A DNA stretch of 40,000 nt. It comes from Streptosporangium carneum (GTDB lineage Bacteria > Actinomycetota > Actinomycetes > Streptosporangiales > Streptosporangiaceae). This document shows positions 1-8,797 of this stretch, one piece after another. The notes below the pieces were generated by a model that was not told the origin of the DNA, searched no databases, and saw only the letters and a program-made list of their open reading frames with translations. The DNA lies in the NCBI RefSeq assembly GCF_027922005.1, contig NZ_BSEV01000008.1, forward strand, positions 280,704 to 320,703, in the 5' to 3' direction. Position numbers and translations under genes: made by a program. Positions within the stretch are counted from its first letter, which is position 1; each line of letters begins with the position of its first letter.

Positions 1-2
1 CC

Positions 3-1796
3 GAGGAGATCGGCAGGAACCGCAAGCTGGTCCCCATGGGCAGGGCCGCCATCGAGATCGCCCACCACTGGTACTCCGCCCGCGACGACCTGTGGGCCCT
101 GATCTCCGCCTGGGAGGCGGCGGGCAAGGCCGCCAGGACCTTCGCCTACAACGAGAAGATGCAGCTGCTCGAGCGGGTGCTCACGCTGTGGAACAAGGTC
201 CCCGACGCCGCCGCGCGGATCGGCGTCGACCACACCACCGTCCTGGAACAGGCCTCCGAGGCCGCCTACGCCTGCGGTGAGATCGACCGGGGCATGAAGT
301 TCGTCAAGGCCGCGCTGAGCGAGCTGGACGAGAGCGCCGAACCCGAGCGGGTGGCCGAGCTGGTCGTGCGGCTGGCCCAGTTCAAGATGTCCAAGCGCAG
401 GCCAGGGGTGCTCGACGACCTGCGCTACGCCGCGCGGCTGGTCCCCGAGCCCGGGCCCGACCGCGCCCAGGTGCTGTCCAGGCTGGGCTCGTTCCTGATC
501 TTCAGCGGTGAGATAGCCGAAGGGGCCGCGCTCACCGAGGAGGCGCTGCGGATCGCCCGTGAACACAGCGACGAGTGCCTGGAGGCCGACCTCCTGCTCA
601 ACCTCGCCCTGTGCCCCTCGATCGAGGGACGCCTCGAGGAGACGATCGCCGTCAACTCGACCGCCCAGGCGATCGGCGAACGCAAGCAGTCGGGCCGCAT
701 CGTGCTGCGGGCCCTCAGCAACAACGTGGACGCGCTCAACAACATGGGGCGTTCGGCGGAGGCCATCGAGCTGGCGCTCGAAGGCGAACGACTGGCCAAG
801 AAGTACGGTCGCTACCGGATCTCGGGCACGTTCATCGCCAACAACCGGGCGGAGGCGCTGGAGGCGCTCGGGCGCTTCGAGGAGGCGGCCCAGCTGGTCG
901 AACAGGCGCTCACCATGGACCCGATCCCCCGCACCCGCCACCACCTGCGCCGGATCAGGGCGGACGTGGCGGTCGCGCGCGGCGAGGTCGACATCGTCAG
1001 ATCGGTGCTGAACGAGGTGGAGGCCTTCACCGTCCAGGAGGAGTTCACCCAGGAACGGACCGCCAACACCCGGCTCAGACTCGGCCTGCACCTGCTCTGC
1101 GGCGAGCCGCTGGCCGCGCTCGAACTGGCCGAGCGGTTCATCCGGGAGGCACAGCTCACCAGCAAGCCCATGCTCGGCTGGCGGGTGCTCGCCCTGCTGT
1201 CCGCGGTCTGCGAGGCCTCGGAGGCGCTCGCGCCCGAACGCGCGGCGGCGCTGCGCTCCCAGATCGAGGAGACCTGCGCCTCGATGGGCACGCACAGCCC
1301 GGTCGCCGAGGCCTACCGGCTCAGCGTCAACCGCGACCACGACGCCGCCGCCATCGCCTGGGAACGGCTCGACCGTCCCTTCTCCCGCGCCAAGTCGCTG
1401 CTCCACGCGGGGCGAGCGGCGGCGGGCGCGGGAGACCGCGAGGGCGCCGCCGTACGGCTGCGCACGGCCCACCCCATCGCCCTGGCGCTGTCGGCCAAGC
1501 CCCTGGCCACCGAGATCGAGACGCTGGCCCGCAGGATCGGGGTGTCCCTCAGCGGGGAGTCGCCGGCAGCGCTCTCCGCTCCCGCCTCGACGCCGCAGGC
1601 GCCGCTGCTCACCCCCCGTGAGCAGGAGGTCCTGCGACTGGTCGCCCAGGGACGGTCGAACCGCGACATCGCGGCCGAGCTGTTCATCTCGGCCAAGACC
1701 GTGAGCGTGCACGTCTCGAACATCCTGGGCAAGCTCAGCGTCTCGACCAGGGGCGAGGCCGCGGCGGCGGCGCACCGCCTCGCCCTGATCGGCTGA
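3..1796 (+). CDS. LuxR-family transcriptional regulator, 5'-partial (continues upstream of window)
   Basis: The frame is open from the window edge, with no stop before the first ATG at 36. The C-terminus LTPREQEVLRLVAQGRSNRDIAAELFISAKTVSVHVSNILGKL is a canonical LuxR/GerE HTH. The long Leu/Ala/Glu-rich helical region before it resembles the TPR-type sensor part of large LAL/AfsR-like regulators. Confidence 0.85.
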   Translation, partial: EEIGRNRKLVPMGRAAIEIAHHWYSARDDLWALISAWEAAGKAARTFAYNEKMQLLERVLTLWNKVPDAAARIGVDHTTVLEQASEAAYACGEIDRGMKFVKAALSELDESAEPERVAELVVRLAQFKMSKRRPGVLDDLRYAARLVPEPGPDRAQVLSRLGSFLIFSGEIAEGAALTEEALRIAREHSDECLEADLLLNLALCPSIEGRLEETIAVNSTAQAIGERKQSGRIVLRALSNNVDALNNMGRSAEAIELALEGERLAKKYGRYRISGTFIANNRAEALEALGRFEEAAQLVEQALTMDPIPRTRHHLRRIRADVAVARGEVDIVRSVLNEVEAFTVQEEFTQERTANTRLRLGLHLLCGEPLAALELAERFIREAQLTSKPMLGWRVLALLSAVCEASEALAPERAAALRSQIEETCASMGTHSPVAEAYRLSVNRDHDAAAIAWERLDRPFSRAKSLLHAGRAAAGAGDREGAAVRLRTAHPIALALSAKPLATEIETLARRIGVSLSGESPAALSAPASTPQAPLLTPREQEVLRLVAQGRSNRDIAAELFISAKTVSVHVSNILGKLSVSTRGEAAAAAHRLALIG

Positions 1797-1811
1797 CTTC
1801 CTGCATCATGG

Positions 1812-1971
1812 GATCGGTCGGGACACCGGGGCCGGTCGGGTGCTGGGACCGGTCGGGTGCTGGGACCGGTCGGGATGTGAAGACCGGTCAACGCGCGAAG
1901 ACCGGCCAGGGCGTGCGGACCGGTCGTGACACGGAGATCGGCCGGAGTGCGGGGATCGGTCGGAGTGGGAA
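1812..1971. repeat. Degenerate tandem array, 9 units of 17-18 bp, each starting with core G(A/G)(C/T)CGG(T/C)C (palindromic GACCGGTC in 4 units)
   Basis: Unit starts at 1812, 1830, 1847, 1864, 1882, 1900, 1918, 1936 and 1954 were read directly. Units 2 and 3 are near-identical (g[g/a]ccggtcgggtgctgg). The 17-nt units break any single reading frame, so the array is non-coding. It lies between the LuxR stop (1796) and the XRE-cupin start. Confidence 0.9.
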
Positions 1972-1985
1972 GAGGGGAAACGCGC

Positions 1986-2648
1986 ATGCGAAGCGAGAAC
2001 GGTGTCGCCTTCGGCATGACCCCGGTCTCGTCATCCGAGTCTCAGGGACCGCGCGGAACTCCCTCTGACGCTCCCGTGGTGCGCGACGCCCCCTCCGAGG
2101 CGGCCGGGATTCGTGACGCGATCGCCGCGAACCTGCGCCGTGCCCGCCTGGCGCGCGGTCTCAGCGTCCGTGAGCTGGCCGAGCTGACCGGGGTGAGCAA
2201 GGCGCTGATCTCCCAGGTGGAGCGCGGCGTCGCCAACCCCACGGTCGAGGTGCTGGCTCGGCTGTCGACCGCCCTGGAGCTGACCTTCGGCGAGCTGACC
2301 CGCATCCACCTGGTGGGCCCCGAGGTGATCCGCCGCAGCGAGAGCGTTCCGCTGCTGGTCGGCGACAGCGCGATCCGCACCCTGTTCGCCGCGCCTGACC
2401 GGCGTCGCTTCGAGCTGACGGAGGGCGACATCCCGGCCGGGACCCGCAGCGCCAAGAGCTCACACGGCCGGGGCTCGGTCGAGCACGCCTACGTGGTCTC
2501 CGGTGAGGTGACGGTGGAGACCGGCGAGTGGTCGGTGACGTTGGCGGCGGGCGACGCGCTGCGCTTCGCCTCCGAGTCCGACCACGTCTACGCCACCGGT
2601 GCGGTTCCGTGCCGGGTGCTGACTCTGATCTCCTTCTCCGAGGACTGA
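1986..2648 (+). CDS. XRE-family HTH regulator with C-terminal cupin domain
   Basis: LRRARLARGLSVRELAELTGVSKALISQVERGVANPTVEVLARLSTALELTFGEL is a typical HTH_3 (XRE) domain. The C-terminal part (GSVEHAYVVSGEVTVETGEWSVTLAAGDALRF) is cupin_2-like. The track ORF starts at 1926. ATG 1986 is preferred because of an upstream purine-rich stretch (gaagaggggaaa); ATG 2016 is also possible. Confidence 0.85.
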   Translation: MRSENGVAFGMTPVSSSESQGPRGTPSDAPVVRDAPSEAAGIRDAIAANLRRARLARGLSVRELAELTGVSKALISQVERGVANPTVEVLARLSTALELTFGELTRIHLVGPEVIRRSESVPLLVGDSAIRTLFAAPDRRRFELTEGDIPAGTRSAKSSHGRGSVEHAYVVSGEVTVETGEWSVTLAAGDALRFASESDHVYATGAVPCRVLTLISFSED

Positions 2649-2735
2649 CCGCGCTTCTCCGGGTTCCCCGTGGAGGCCGGGGTGGCTGACGGGCGCTCGT
2701 GCCGGTCGTCGCGGGGGCCGTCGCCGTGATCCTCC

Positions 2736-2758
2736 GTGGTCACCGCACCGGTGACCAC
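2736..2758. terminator. Candidate bidirectional terminator hairpin between convergent genes
   Basis: GTGGTCACCG-CAC-CGGTGACCAC is a perfect 10-bp stem with a 3-nt loop. It lies between the XRE-cupin stop (2648) and the RidA stop (2803). There is no U-tract, which is common in GC-rich actinobacteria. Confidence 0.4.
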
Positions 2759-2802
2759 GCGCAGGACCACGGCGTTGCCCGTGAGGGGGCCCGCACGGAC
2801 TC

Positions 2803-3207
2803 CTACGCCGCGGGCACCGCGGCGACGGCCTCGACCTCGATCAGGAGGTCGGGACGGAACAGGCCCGCGACCTGCACGAGTGAGCTTGTCGGAGGCCGTT
2901 CCAGGTTGACGAACTCGTCGCGTACGGCCCGCACGGTCGCCAGCGCGGAGGTGTCCACGACGAAGATCGTGAGCTTGAAGACGTCGTCCCAGGTCGCTCC
3001 GCCCGCTTCCAGGGCCGCGCCGACGTTCCGCATGACCTGCCGCGTCTGCGCCTCCCAGTCTCCGGCGGGAGCCGCCGTCCCGTCTGCGGCGATCGGGACC
3101 TGGCCGGAGGTCCACACGATTCTGCTACCCGGCGGAACGCTCGCGACGTGGCTGTAGCCGTTGGTCGGCGGCAGGGTCGAGGGCGTGCCGAACTCGATGG
3201 ATGTCAT
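2803..3207 (-). CDS. RidA/YjgF/TdcF-family (endoribonuclease L-PSP) protein
   Basis: 134 aa. NGYSHVASVPPGSRIVWTSGQVP ... DDVFKLTIFVVD ... TSSLVQVAGLFRPDLLIEVEAVA matches the RidA fold signature. GGAAGG SD lies upstream of the ATG. Confidence 0.9.
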   Translation of the reverse strand: MTSIEFGTPSTLPPTNGYSHVASVPPGSRIVWTSGQVPIAADGTAAPAGDWEAQTRQVMRNVGAALEAGGATWDDVFKLTIFVVDTSALATVRAVRDEFVNLERPPTSSLVQVAGLFRPDLLIEVEAVAAVPAA

Positions 3208-3220
3208 GTGTGCCTTCCTC

Positions 3221-3274
3221 GTGCTGTGCTGGCCACCCGAAAAGCTTGTGCTGTGCTGGCCATCCGAAATTCTG
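3221..3274. repeat. 27-bp direct repeat x2 immediately upstream of the RidA RBS
   Basis: gtgctgtgctggccaCccgaaa (3221-3242) and gtgctgtgctggccaTccgaaa (3248-3269) differ at one base in 22. Each contains the TGGCCA palindrome. They sit 14 nt upstream of the RidA start codon on the coding-strand side. Confidence 0.85.
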
Positions 3275-3453
3275 TCAGGCTTCCTTCGGGCTCCGAGCGG
3301 GCCCGCGCGACGGCCGGGACGCGCCGCTCGCCGTCGTCATCCGGGCCGGCCTGCCGCGGCAGGTGTCATGATCCGTCAGCTGTCCCGCCGACCGGTGATC
3401 ACCCAGGCGGCGCCCGAGAAGCCCCACGGGTTCCCTGTTGACGTGGAATTCCT

Positions 3454-4698
3454 TCATTCGTGGCGTGATGCGAGGCGTTTGCCCAGCCGCTGCGCGGGGG
3501 TCTCCACGAAACGCCATGTCAACGCGCTGAGCCCGAGGAGCAGCCCCACGACGCATGCGAGGATGACGAGCCGCAGCCCCAGCGGCACCCTCAGCGGCTC
3601 GGGCCAGAACCGCTGGACGCTTTCCAACAGCAGCGGGTGGAGCAGGTAGGTCGAGTAGCTGACCAGGCCCAGCCAGGCCAGAACTCGTGGAACCTTCCGG
3701 CGCCGCAGTGCCATCCCCACGGCGAAGGTGACCCAGGCGGCGACCATGGCCGTTTGCACGCCGGACTCACCCCGCGCCAGCCAGACTCCGGCGAGCGGCA
3801 CCAGGAACACCCATCCGGCTTGTCTCCAACGGATCTCGCGCTGCTCGGCCCGACGCAGTGCCGTGCCGGCGAACATGACGGCCATGATCACAAGCCCCTG
3901 CCATGGGCCGGGATAGCTCTGGTTGACCGTCAGCAGAGCGAGCACGGTACCCGCGATGACGACGGCGCCCGCTTGCCTCAGAACTCTCGAGCCCTTCAGC
4001 ACGGCCGCCAGACCTGCTGCCAGCAGCGTGATCACCAGTACTGTGACCGTCAGCATCCGTTCCGCCCCGCCGGCTGACAACAGGGCCGTCGGCAACGCGC
4101 CCGCTCCCACCACGGCCACCGCGGCGAAACCCAACGCGCCCAGGACGCTCCTCCGGTTCACCCCAAGGGTGAACATCGAGGTCAACAGCAGGTAGAAGGC
4201 CATTTCATACGACAACGTCCACAGCACGTTGATCAGGTTTGGCATGTGCAGCAAGTTCTGCAGCATCGTCAGATGCCCCAGCGTCAGGGAAACCAGCCGG
4301 GACCCCCACCAGACATGCGGGTCGTCCCAGCCCGCCGCCGTCAGCAGCACCATGCCCGCCACCGCCACGCCGAACAGCGGATACAGCCGGAAAAGACGGG
4401 AGATCCAGAAAGCCCGCACACCGCCCCGCCGCTCCAGCGATGCGGGCACGATGTAGCCGCTGACCAGAAAGAACACCATCACCCCGTACCAGCCGAGGTC
4501 GAAGCCCGCTTTGAACGACGGACGCGCCTCAGGCAGCAGCGGTTCGAGGGCGTGCTCGAACACCACCGTCAAAGCGGCGACGCCGCGCAGAGCGTCGAGC
4601 CATGCCAGGCGGCCAGGGGTTCGTTGGGGCACCTGTGGAGTTGTCGGCATCCGAAGTGACCGGACGGATTCCGGCGACCACTGCGGGATCAACGCCAC
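3454..4698 (-). CDS. Membrane acyltransferase (acyltransferase family 3)
   Basis: 414 aa and polytopic. The N-terminal [17 protein letters not shown] motif is typical of Acyl_transf_3 O-acyltransferases. A GTG start at 4698 would overlap the nadE 3' end by 10 nt; ATG at 4650 is an alternative start. Confidence 0.85.
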   Translation of the reverse strand: MALIPQWSPESVRSLRMPTTPQVPQRTPGRLAWLDALRGVAALTVVFEHALEPLLPEARPSFKAGFDLGWYGVMVFFLVSGYIVPASLERRGGVRAFWISRLFRLYPLFGVAVAGMVLLTAAGWDDPHVWWGSRLVSLTLGHLTMLQNLLHMPNLINVLWTLSYEMAFYLLLTSMFTLGVNRRSVLGALGFAAVAVVGAGALPTALLSAGGAERMLTVTVLVITLLAAGLAAVLKGSRVLRQAGAVVIAGTVLALLTVNQSYPGPWQGLVIMAVMFAGTALRRAEQREIRWRQAGWVFLVPLAGVWLARGESGVQTAMVAAWVTFAVGMALRRRKVPRVLAWLGLVSYSTYLLHPLLLESVQRFWPEPLRVPLGLRLVILACVVGLLLGLSALTWRFVETPAQRLGKRLASRHE

Positions 4699-5528
4699 CA
4701 GTCGTCGAGTGGGGTGACCGGGACGGTCCGCTTGTGCCGGGTCGCGAGGTACACCGACTCCACCTTCGCCGCCACGTCCGGCGCGACGTCGACGCCTTCC
4801 AGATAGTCGTCGATCTGGGTGTACTTCAGGCCGAGTGCCACCTCGTCGGGCAGCGCGGGCCGGTCGTCCTCGAGGTCGGCGGTCGGCACCTTCTCCCAGG
4901 CGCTCGGCGGCGCGCCCAGCTCCTGCAGCAGGGCGGCGCCCTGGCGCTTGGTCAGTCCGGTCAGCGGGGTGACGTCGACGCCGCCGTCGCCGTACTTGGT
5001 GAAGAAGCCGGTCACCGCCTCGGCCGCGTGGTCGGTGCCCACGACGAGCAGGCCCAGCTGTCCGGCGATCGAGTACTGGATCACCATGCGTTCGCGGGCC
5101 TTGATGTTCCCGCGCACGAAGTCCCGCAGCTTGGGCTCATCGCCCAGCAGCTCCCGCAGGCCGAACGCCGCCTCGGCGGCGACGGCGTCCGCGCTCGGCT
5201 TGACGTTCACCGTGATCGACCGGTCGGGCCGGATGAACTCCAGCGCGATCTGCGCGTCGTGCTCGTCGGCCTGCACGCCGTAGGGCAGCCGCACCGCGAC
5301 GAAGGTGGCCTCATGCCCCTCGGCACGCAGCTCCTCGCCGGCGAGCTGGCACAACCTGCCGGCCAGCGTGCTGTCCTGGCCGCCGCTGATCCCGAGCACG
5401 TAGCCCCTGGCCGGGGTCGACCGCAGGTAGTCCTTGAGGAAGTCGACCCGTTGCCGGATCTCGATTTTGGGGACAATGGTCGCCTTGACGCCGAGCTCGG
5501 CGAGAATCTGCTTCCGTAGGTTCGCCAT
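4689..5528 (-). CDS. nadE: Ammonia-dependent NAD+ synthetase
   Basis: 279 aa. It has the PP-loop [10 protein letters not shown]. Length and overall sequence ([14 protein letters not shown]..., [20 protein letters not shown]) are typical of NadE. Confidence 0.93.
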   Translation of the reverse strand: MANLRKQILAELGVKATIVPKIEIRQRVDFLKDYLRSTPARGYVLGISGGQDSTLAGRLCQLAGEELRAEGHEATFVAVRLPYGVQADEHDAQIALEFIRPDRSITVNVKPSADAVAAEAAFGLRELLGDEPKLRDFVRGNIKARERMVIQYSIAGQLGLLVVGTDHAAEAVTGFFTKYGDGGVDVTPLTGLTKRQGAALLQELGAPPSAWEKVPTADLEDDRPALPDEVALGLKYTQIDDYLEGVDVAPDVAAKVESVYLATRHKRTVPVTPLDDWWR

Positions 5529-5591
5529 CCCCGTACTGTACTGGCCGGAACGGAACCGCAGCTGTGGCCCCGCCTCTGCCGACCGGGCACC

Positions 5592-6413
5592 TCAGCCCTG
5601 CGGCCGCGCGGAGAGGGACGAGGGCAGGGCCGGCTGAGGACGTGGGTCGGCGAGATCGTGGGCGGAGCGGGCCAGCCAGACCATCGCCAGGGCGTCGACG
5701 GTCTCCACGACGGCGTAGTAGGCGTTGTCCGCGCCGATGAGCGCCCAGCCCACCAGCCAGAGAGCGACCGGCAGCAGTAGGGAGGCGACGCCGTACAGGA
5801 CGGTGGTCCGCCGCCAGCGGCCGTCCTGCCGCTGCGCCCGCAGGACCAGCACCGTCCAGAACAGGCCCGCCAGGCCGCAGACCAGGGACAACCCCCGGGG
5901 CACGGGCCTGCCGAGGACGTCCAGCACTTCGAGGGCGGCGACGCCTCCGTACGCCAGCACGCCCAGGGCCCGCGTGCGGTCGGCGTGCTTCGGGTCGCGT
6001 GCCAGCACCGGATGGAACAGCACCACGACCGCCCCCATCGCGGCGGCGTCGAGCACCGTCACCCACCAGGGCCAGGACGACATGAAGAAGTAGAACAGCC
6101 AGGACGCCACCGCGGCGTACAGCGCCACCCGCAGTCGTCGCACGTCCCGGTCCAGCTCGGGCGGCGGCCCCGCCAGCGGCCCGCGCAGGCTCTGCCACAG
6201 CGCCCAGGCCCACGCCGTGCCGGCCAGAACCAGGGCGAGCGCGTTCGGCCATGTCGGCGCGACGTCTTCGTCCATCTCGCTGAACAGCGTCAACCGCCAC
6301 AGCACGCCGAGGTCGCCGACGCTCGACGCGACTCCGGCGGCGACCGCCACCGCGACGACGTACGCGCTCATGACGAGCAGGGCGGGAACACCGAAACGGT
6401 GACGACGGAGCAC
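5592..6413 (-). CDS. Hypothetical polytopic membrane protein
   Basis: 273 aa with several hydrophobic, Trp-rich segments (WAWALW, WLFYFFMSSWPWWV, LFWTVLVL). No family was recognised. The start could be the internal MSAYVV. Confidence 0.6.
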   Translation of the reverse strand: MLRRHRFGVPALLVMSAYVVAVAVAAGVASSVGDLGVLWRLTLFSEMDEDVAPTWPNALALVLAGTAWAWALWQSLRGPLAGPPPELDRDVRRLRVALYAAVASWLFYFFMSSWPWWVTVLDAAAMGAVVVLFHPVLARDPKHADRTRALGVLAYGGVAALEVLDVLGRPVPRGLSLVCGLAGLFWTVLVLRAQRQDGRWRRTTVLYGVASLLLPVALWLVGWALIGADNAYYAVVETVDALAMVWLARSAHDLADPRPQPALPSSLSARPQG

Positions 6414-6626
6414 GCGACACTTCCTGGGGGAACGGGGCCGAAGGGCCTCACCCTAACGAGTCGTCACGACAGAACCGATCATGCGTTTCGGCGTCCGGCG
6501 CCTCACGGGCCGTACGGTCGCGGCGGGACCGCATGGACGGGTCTCCGCCCCGGTCTCCGGTGGTGCACGGCGGCCGCGTCGTCCTGTGACGCCTCCCTCA
6601 CGACGCCGTTCCCCCCAACCAGATAG

Positions 6627-6655
6627 CTGACAGCTAAAATATTTAGCGCTAAAGT
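6627..6655 (+). promoter_or_regulatory. Candidate promoter plus MarR-type operator upstream of the aldehyde dehydrogenase
   Basis: AT-rich island in GC-rich DNA. It reads CTGACA (-35-like, 6627-6632), then GCTAAA-ATA-TTTAGC-GCTAAA (6633-6653). This holds three GCTAAA half-sites, including the perfect 12-bp palindrome TTTAGCGCTAAA (6642-6653). TAAAGT (6650-6655) is spaced 17 nt from CTGACA as a -10 candidate. The same CTGACWGCTARA and GCTAAAGT blocks recur at 8723-8766. Confidence 0.55.
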
Positions 6656-6691
6656 TTATTGGCGAGGTCAGATCCATGGGAGGTTCAGGCA

Positions 6692-8143
6692 GTGGATGAG
6701 ATTCTGGTCGGCGGCGTCTGGCGTCGCGGCGGCGGAGCACCGATCGAGACCCGAGACCCGGCCACCGGCGACGTCATCGCCGTGCTCCACGGGGCGAGCG
6801 CGGACGACGTGGAGGACGCCGTGCGCTCCGCGCGGCGGGCGGCCGCCGACCCGTCATGGCGGGCCCTGCTGCCGCACGAGCGGGCCCGTCACCTGACGCG
6901 GATCGCCGACCTGATCAGCGAGCGGGCGGAGGACCTGGCCAGGCTCCAGACGGCCGACACCGGCAAGTCCATCAACGAGACCCGGGCTCTGGTGGCGAGC
7001 GCCTCGAGCACCTTCCGCTACTTCGCGGCGGCGCTGGAGACACTGGAGGGGGCGCTGACCCCGTCCAGGGGGCCGTACCTCACGATGAGCGTGCACGAGC
7101 CCATCGGGGTCGTGGGGGCGATCACCCCGTGGAACTCCCCCATCGCCAGCGACGCCCAGAAGCTCGCGCCCGCGCTCGCGGCCGGCAACGCGGTGGTGCT
7201 CAAACCTGCGGCGTGGACCCCTCTGGTCTCGCTCGCGCTCGGCAGGCTGATCACCGACTCCGGACTGCCGCCCGGCCTGCTGTCGGTGCTCCCCGGCCCC
7301 GGACGGGAGATCGGCGAGGCGATCGTCAGGCATCCGGGAGTCGGCAAGGTCTCCTTCACCGGCGGCACGGCCACGGGACGGACCATCGGGGCCGTCGCCG
7401 CGGAGAAGATCATGCCGGTCTCCCTGGAGCTGGGCGGGAAGTCGCCCACGATCGTCTTCTCCGACGCCGACCTCGACCAGGCGGTCGCGGGCGTCCTGTT
7501 CGGCGTCTTCTCCTCCTCCGGGCAGAGCTGCATCGCGGGGTCGCGGGTCTTCATCCAGGCCGACGTCTACGACGAGGTGCTCGACCGGCTGGTCAGGCAG
7601 ACCGAGAGGCTGCGGGTCGGCCCCGGCGGCGATCCCTCGACACAGGTCGCGCCGCTGGTGACGCACGCCCACCGGGACCGGGTCGCGGCCATGGTCGAGA
7701 CGGCGAGGAAGGAGGGAGCCCGCGTGCTGTGCGGGGGCCGCGCGCCCGAGGGACCGGGGGCGTACTACCTGCCGACCATCCTGGACGGCCTGCCGAACAG
7801 GTCGGCGACCTGCCAGGAGGAGATCTTCGGCCCGGTGCTGGTGGCGTTGCCGTTCACCGACGAGGAGGACCTGGTGGCCCAGGCCAACGACACGGTGTAC
7901 GGCCTGGCGTGCGGCATCTGGACCGCCGACTACCGCAGGGCCTGGCGGATCGCCGGGCGGATCGAGGCGGGCACGGTCTGGATCAACACCTACAAGCAGT
8001 TCAGCATCTCCACGCCCTTCGGCGGGATGAAGGAGAGCGGGATCGGCAGGGAGAAGGGACGCGAGGGCATCCTCGCCTACACCAGGCAGCGGAGCCTCTA
8101 CTGGGGTCTCAGCGAGGACCCGCTGCCCTGGGCCGCCTCCTGA
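6692..8143 (+). CDS. NAD(P)-dependent aldehyde dehydrogenase
   Basis: Catalytic motifs LELGGKSP (Glu) and SGQSCIAGSR (Cys), plus PWNSP and the family-typical length. GTG 6692 is preferred over the track start 6659 because GGGAGG (6678-6683) lies 8 nt upstream. Confidence 0.93.
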   Translation: MDEILVGGVWRRGGGAPIETRDPATGDVIAVLHGASADDVEDAVRSARRAAADPSWRALLPHERARHLTRIADLISERAEDLARLQTADTGKSINETRALVASASSTFRYFAAALETLEGALTPSRGPYLTMSVHEPIGVVGAITPWNSPIASDAQKLAPALAAGNAVVLKPAAWTPLVSLALGRLITDSGLPPGLLSVLPGPGREIGEAIVRHPGVGKVSFTGGTATGRTIGAVAAEKIMPVSLELGGKSPTIVFSDADLDQAVAGVLFGVFSSSGQSCIAGSRVFIQADVYDEVLDRLVRQTERLRVGPGGDPSTQVAPLVTHAHRDRVAAMVETARKEGARVLCGGRAPEGPGAYYLPTILDGLPNRSATCQEEIFGPVLVALPFTDEEDLVAQANDTVYGLACGIWTADYRRAWRIAGRIEAGTVWINTYKQFSISTPFGGMKESGIGREKGREGILAYTRQRSLYWGLSEDPLPWAAS

Positions 8144-8151
8144 CCTGAGGG

Positions 8152-8688
8152 TCAGACGACGGTGGGGCGGGTTCGCTCGGCGTTCTCGAGTGAGCGTTCC
8201 AGCTTGCTCAACAGCCTGCCCAGCCGCTCCTGCTCGACCTCGCTCAGCCCCTCGAGCATGCCCTTCTCGTTGGCGAAGTGGGCCTGCGCGACCCGTTCGA
8301 CGAGGTCGAGACCCTGCTCGGTGAGCCTGGCGTAGACGACCCTGCGGTCGTCCGCGTCGCGCTCGCGGACGACGAGCCCCGCGGCCTCGAGACGGTCGAC
8401 CCTGAGCGTGACGCCTCCCGAGGAGACCAGGGAGACGGCCGCCAGCTCACCCGACGTCCTGCGGTACGGCGGTCCCGAGCGGCGCAGCGCGGTGAGGACG
8501 TCGAAGGCCGCCATGTTGATGCCGTGCTGCTCGAACACCTCGTTGATCAGCGTCTGGTAGCGCATGAACGAGCGGTGCAGCCGCCCGAAGACCGCCATGG
8601 GCGTGGCGTCGACGCCGGGCAGCTCCTTTCGCCACTGCTCCAGGAACAGGTCGACGGCGTCGGGGTGCTCGGCGGGTCTGCGGGTCAT
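8152..8688 (-). CDS. MarR-family transcriptional regulator
   Basis: 178 aa. FDVLTALRRSGPPYRRTSGELAAVSLVSSGGVTLRVDRLEAAGLVVRERDADDRRVVYARLTEQG is a typical MarR winged-helix region. Convergent with the ALDH (8-bp gap) and divergent from the cupin operon. Confidence 0.92.
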   Translation of the reverse strand: MTRRPAEHPDAVDLFLEQWRKELPGVDATPMAVFGRLHRSFMRYQTLINEVFEQHGINMAAFDVLTALRRSGPPYRRTSGELAAVSLVSSGGVTLRVDRLEAAGLVVRERDADDRRVVYARLTEQGLDLVERVAQAHFANEKGMLEGLSEVEQERLGRLLSKLERSLENAERTRPTVV

Positions 8689-8722
8689 GGGAAAAGCCTA
8701 AGGGGGCTTGCGAGCCCTGTGC

Positions 8723-8766
8723 CTGACTGCTAGAAATCTTATAGCCAAACATCTTGGTGCTAAAGT
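8723..8766. promoter_or_regulatory. Candidate MarR operator / divergent promoter region
   Basis: CTGACT-GCTAGA-aatct-TATAGC (8723-8745) is followed by GCTAAAGT (8759-8766), with TAAAGT preceded by TGC (extended -10 like). Block order and half-site consensus GCTA(A/G/T)A mirror the site at 6627-6655. Confidence 0.55.
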
Positions 8767-8797
8767 AAATAAGCCAGGTGGAAGGGATGATGAAGCC

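Noticed and set aside
1812-1971. Possible CRISPR array (regularly spaced repeats)
   Set aside because: The conserved core is only 8 nt and the intervening sequence about 10 nt, far below CRISPR repeat and spacer sizes. There are no cas genes in the window.
5311-6420. 369-aa Arg-rich minus-strand ORF overlapping the membrane-protein gene
   Set aside because: It is an alternative frame of the 5592..6413 membrane-protein gene, with extreme Arg/Gly/Ala/Pro composition and no hydrophobic or domain structure. It is a GC-driven artefact.
8141-8154. TGACC-TGAG-GGTCA mini-hairpin embedding both convergent stop codons (ALDH and MarR) as a terminator
   Set aside because: A 5-bp stem is too short to be a credible intrinsic terminator. 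It is probably a coincidence of two TGA stops 8 bp apart.
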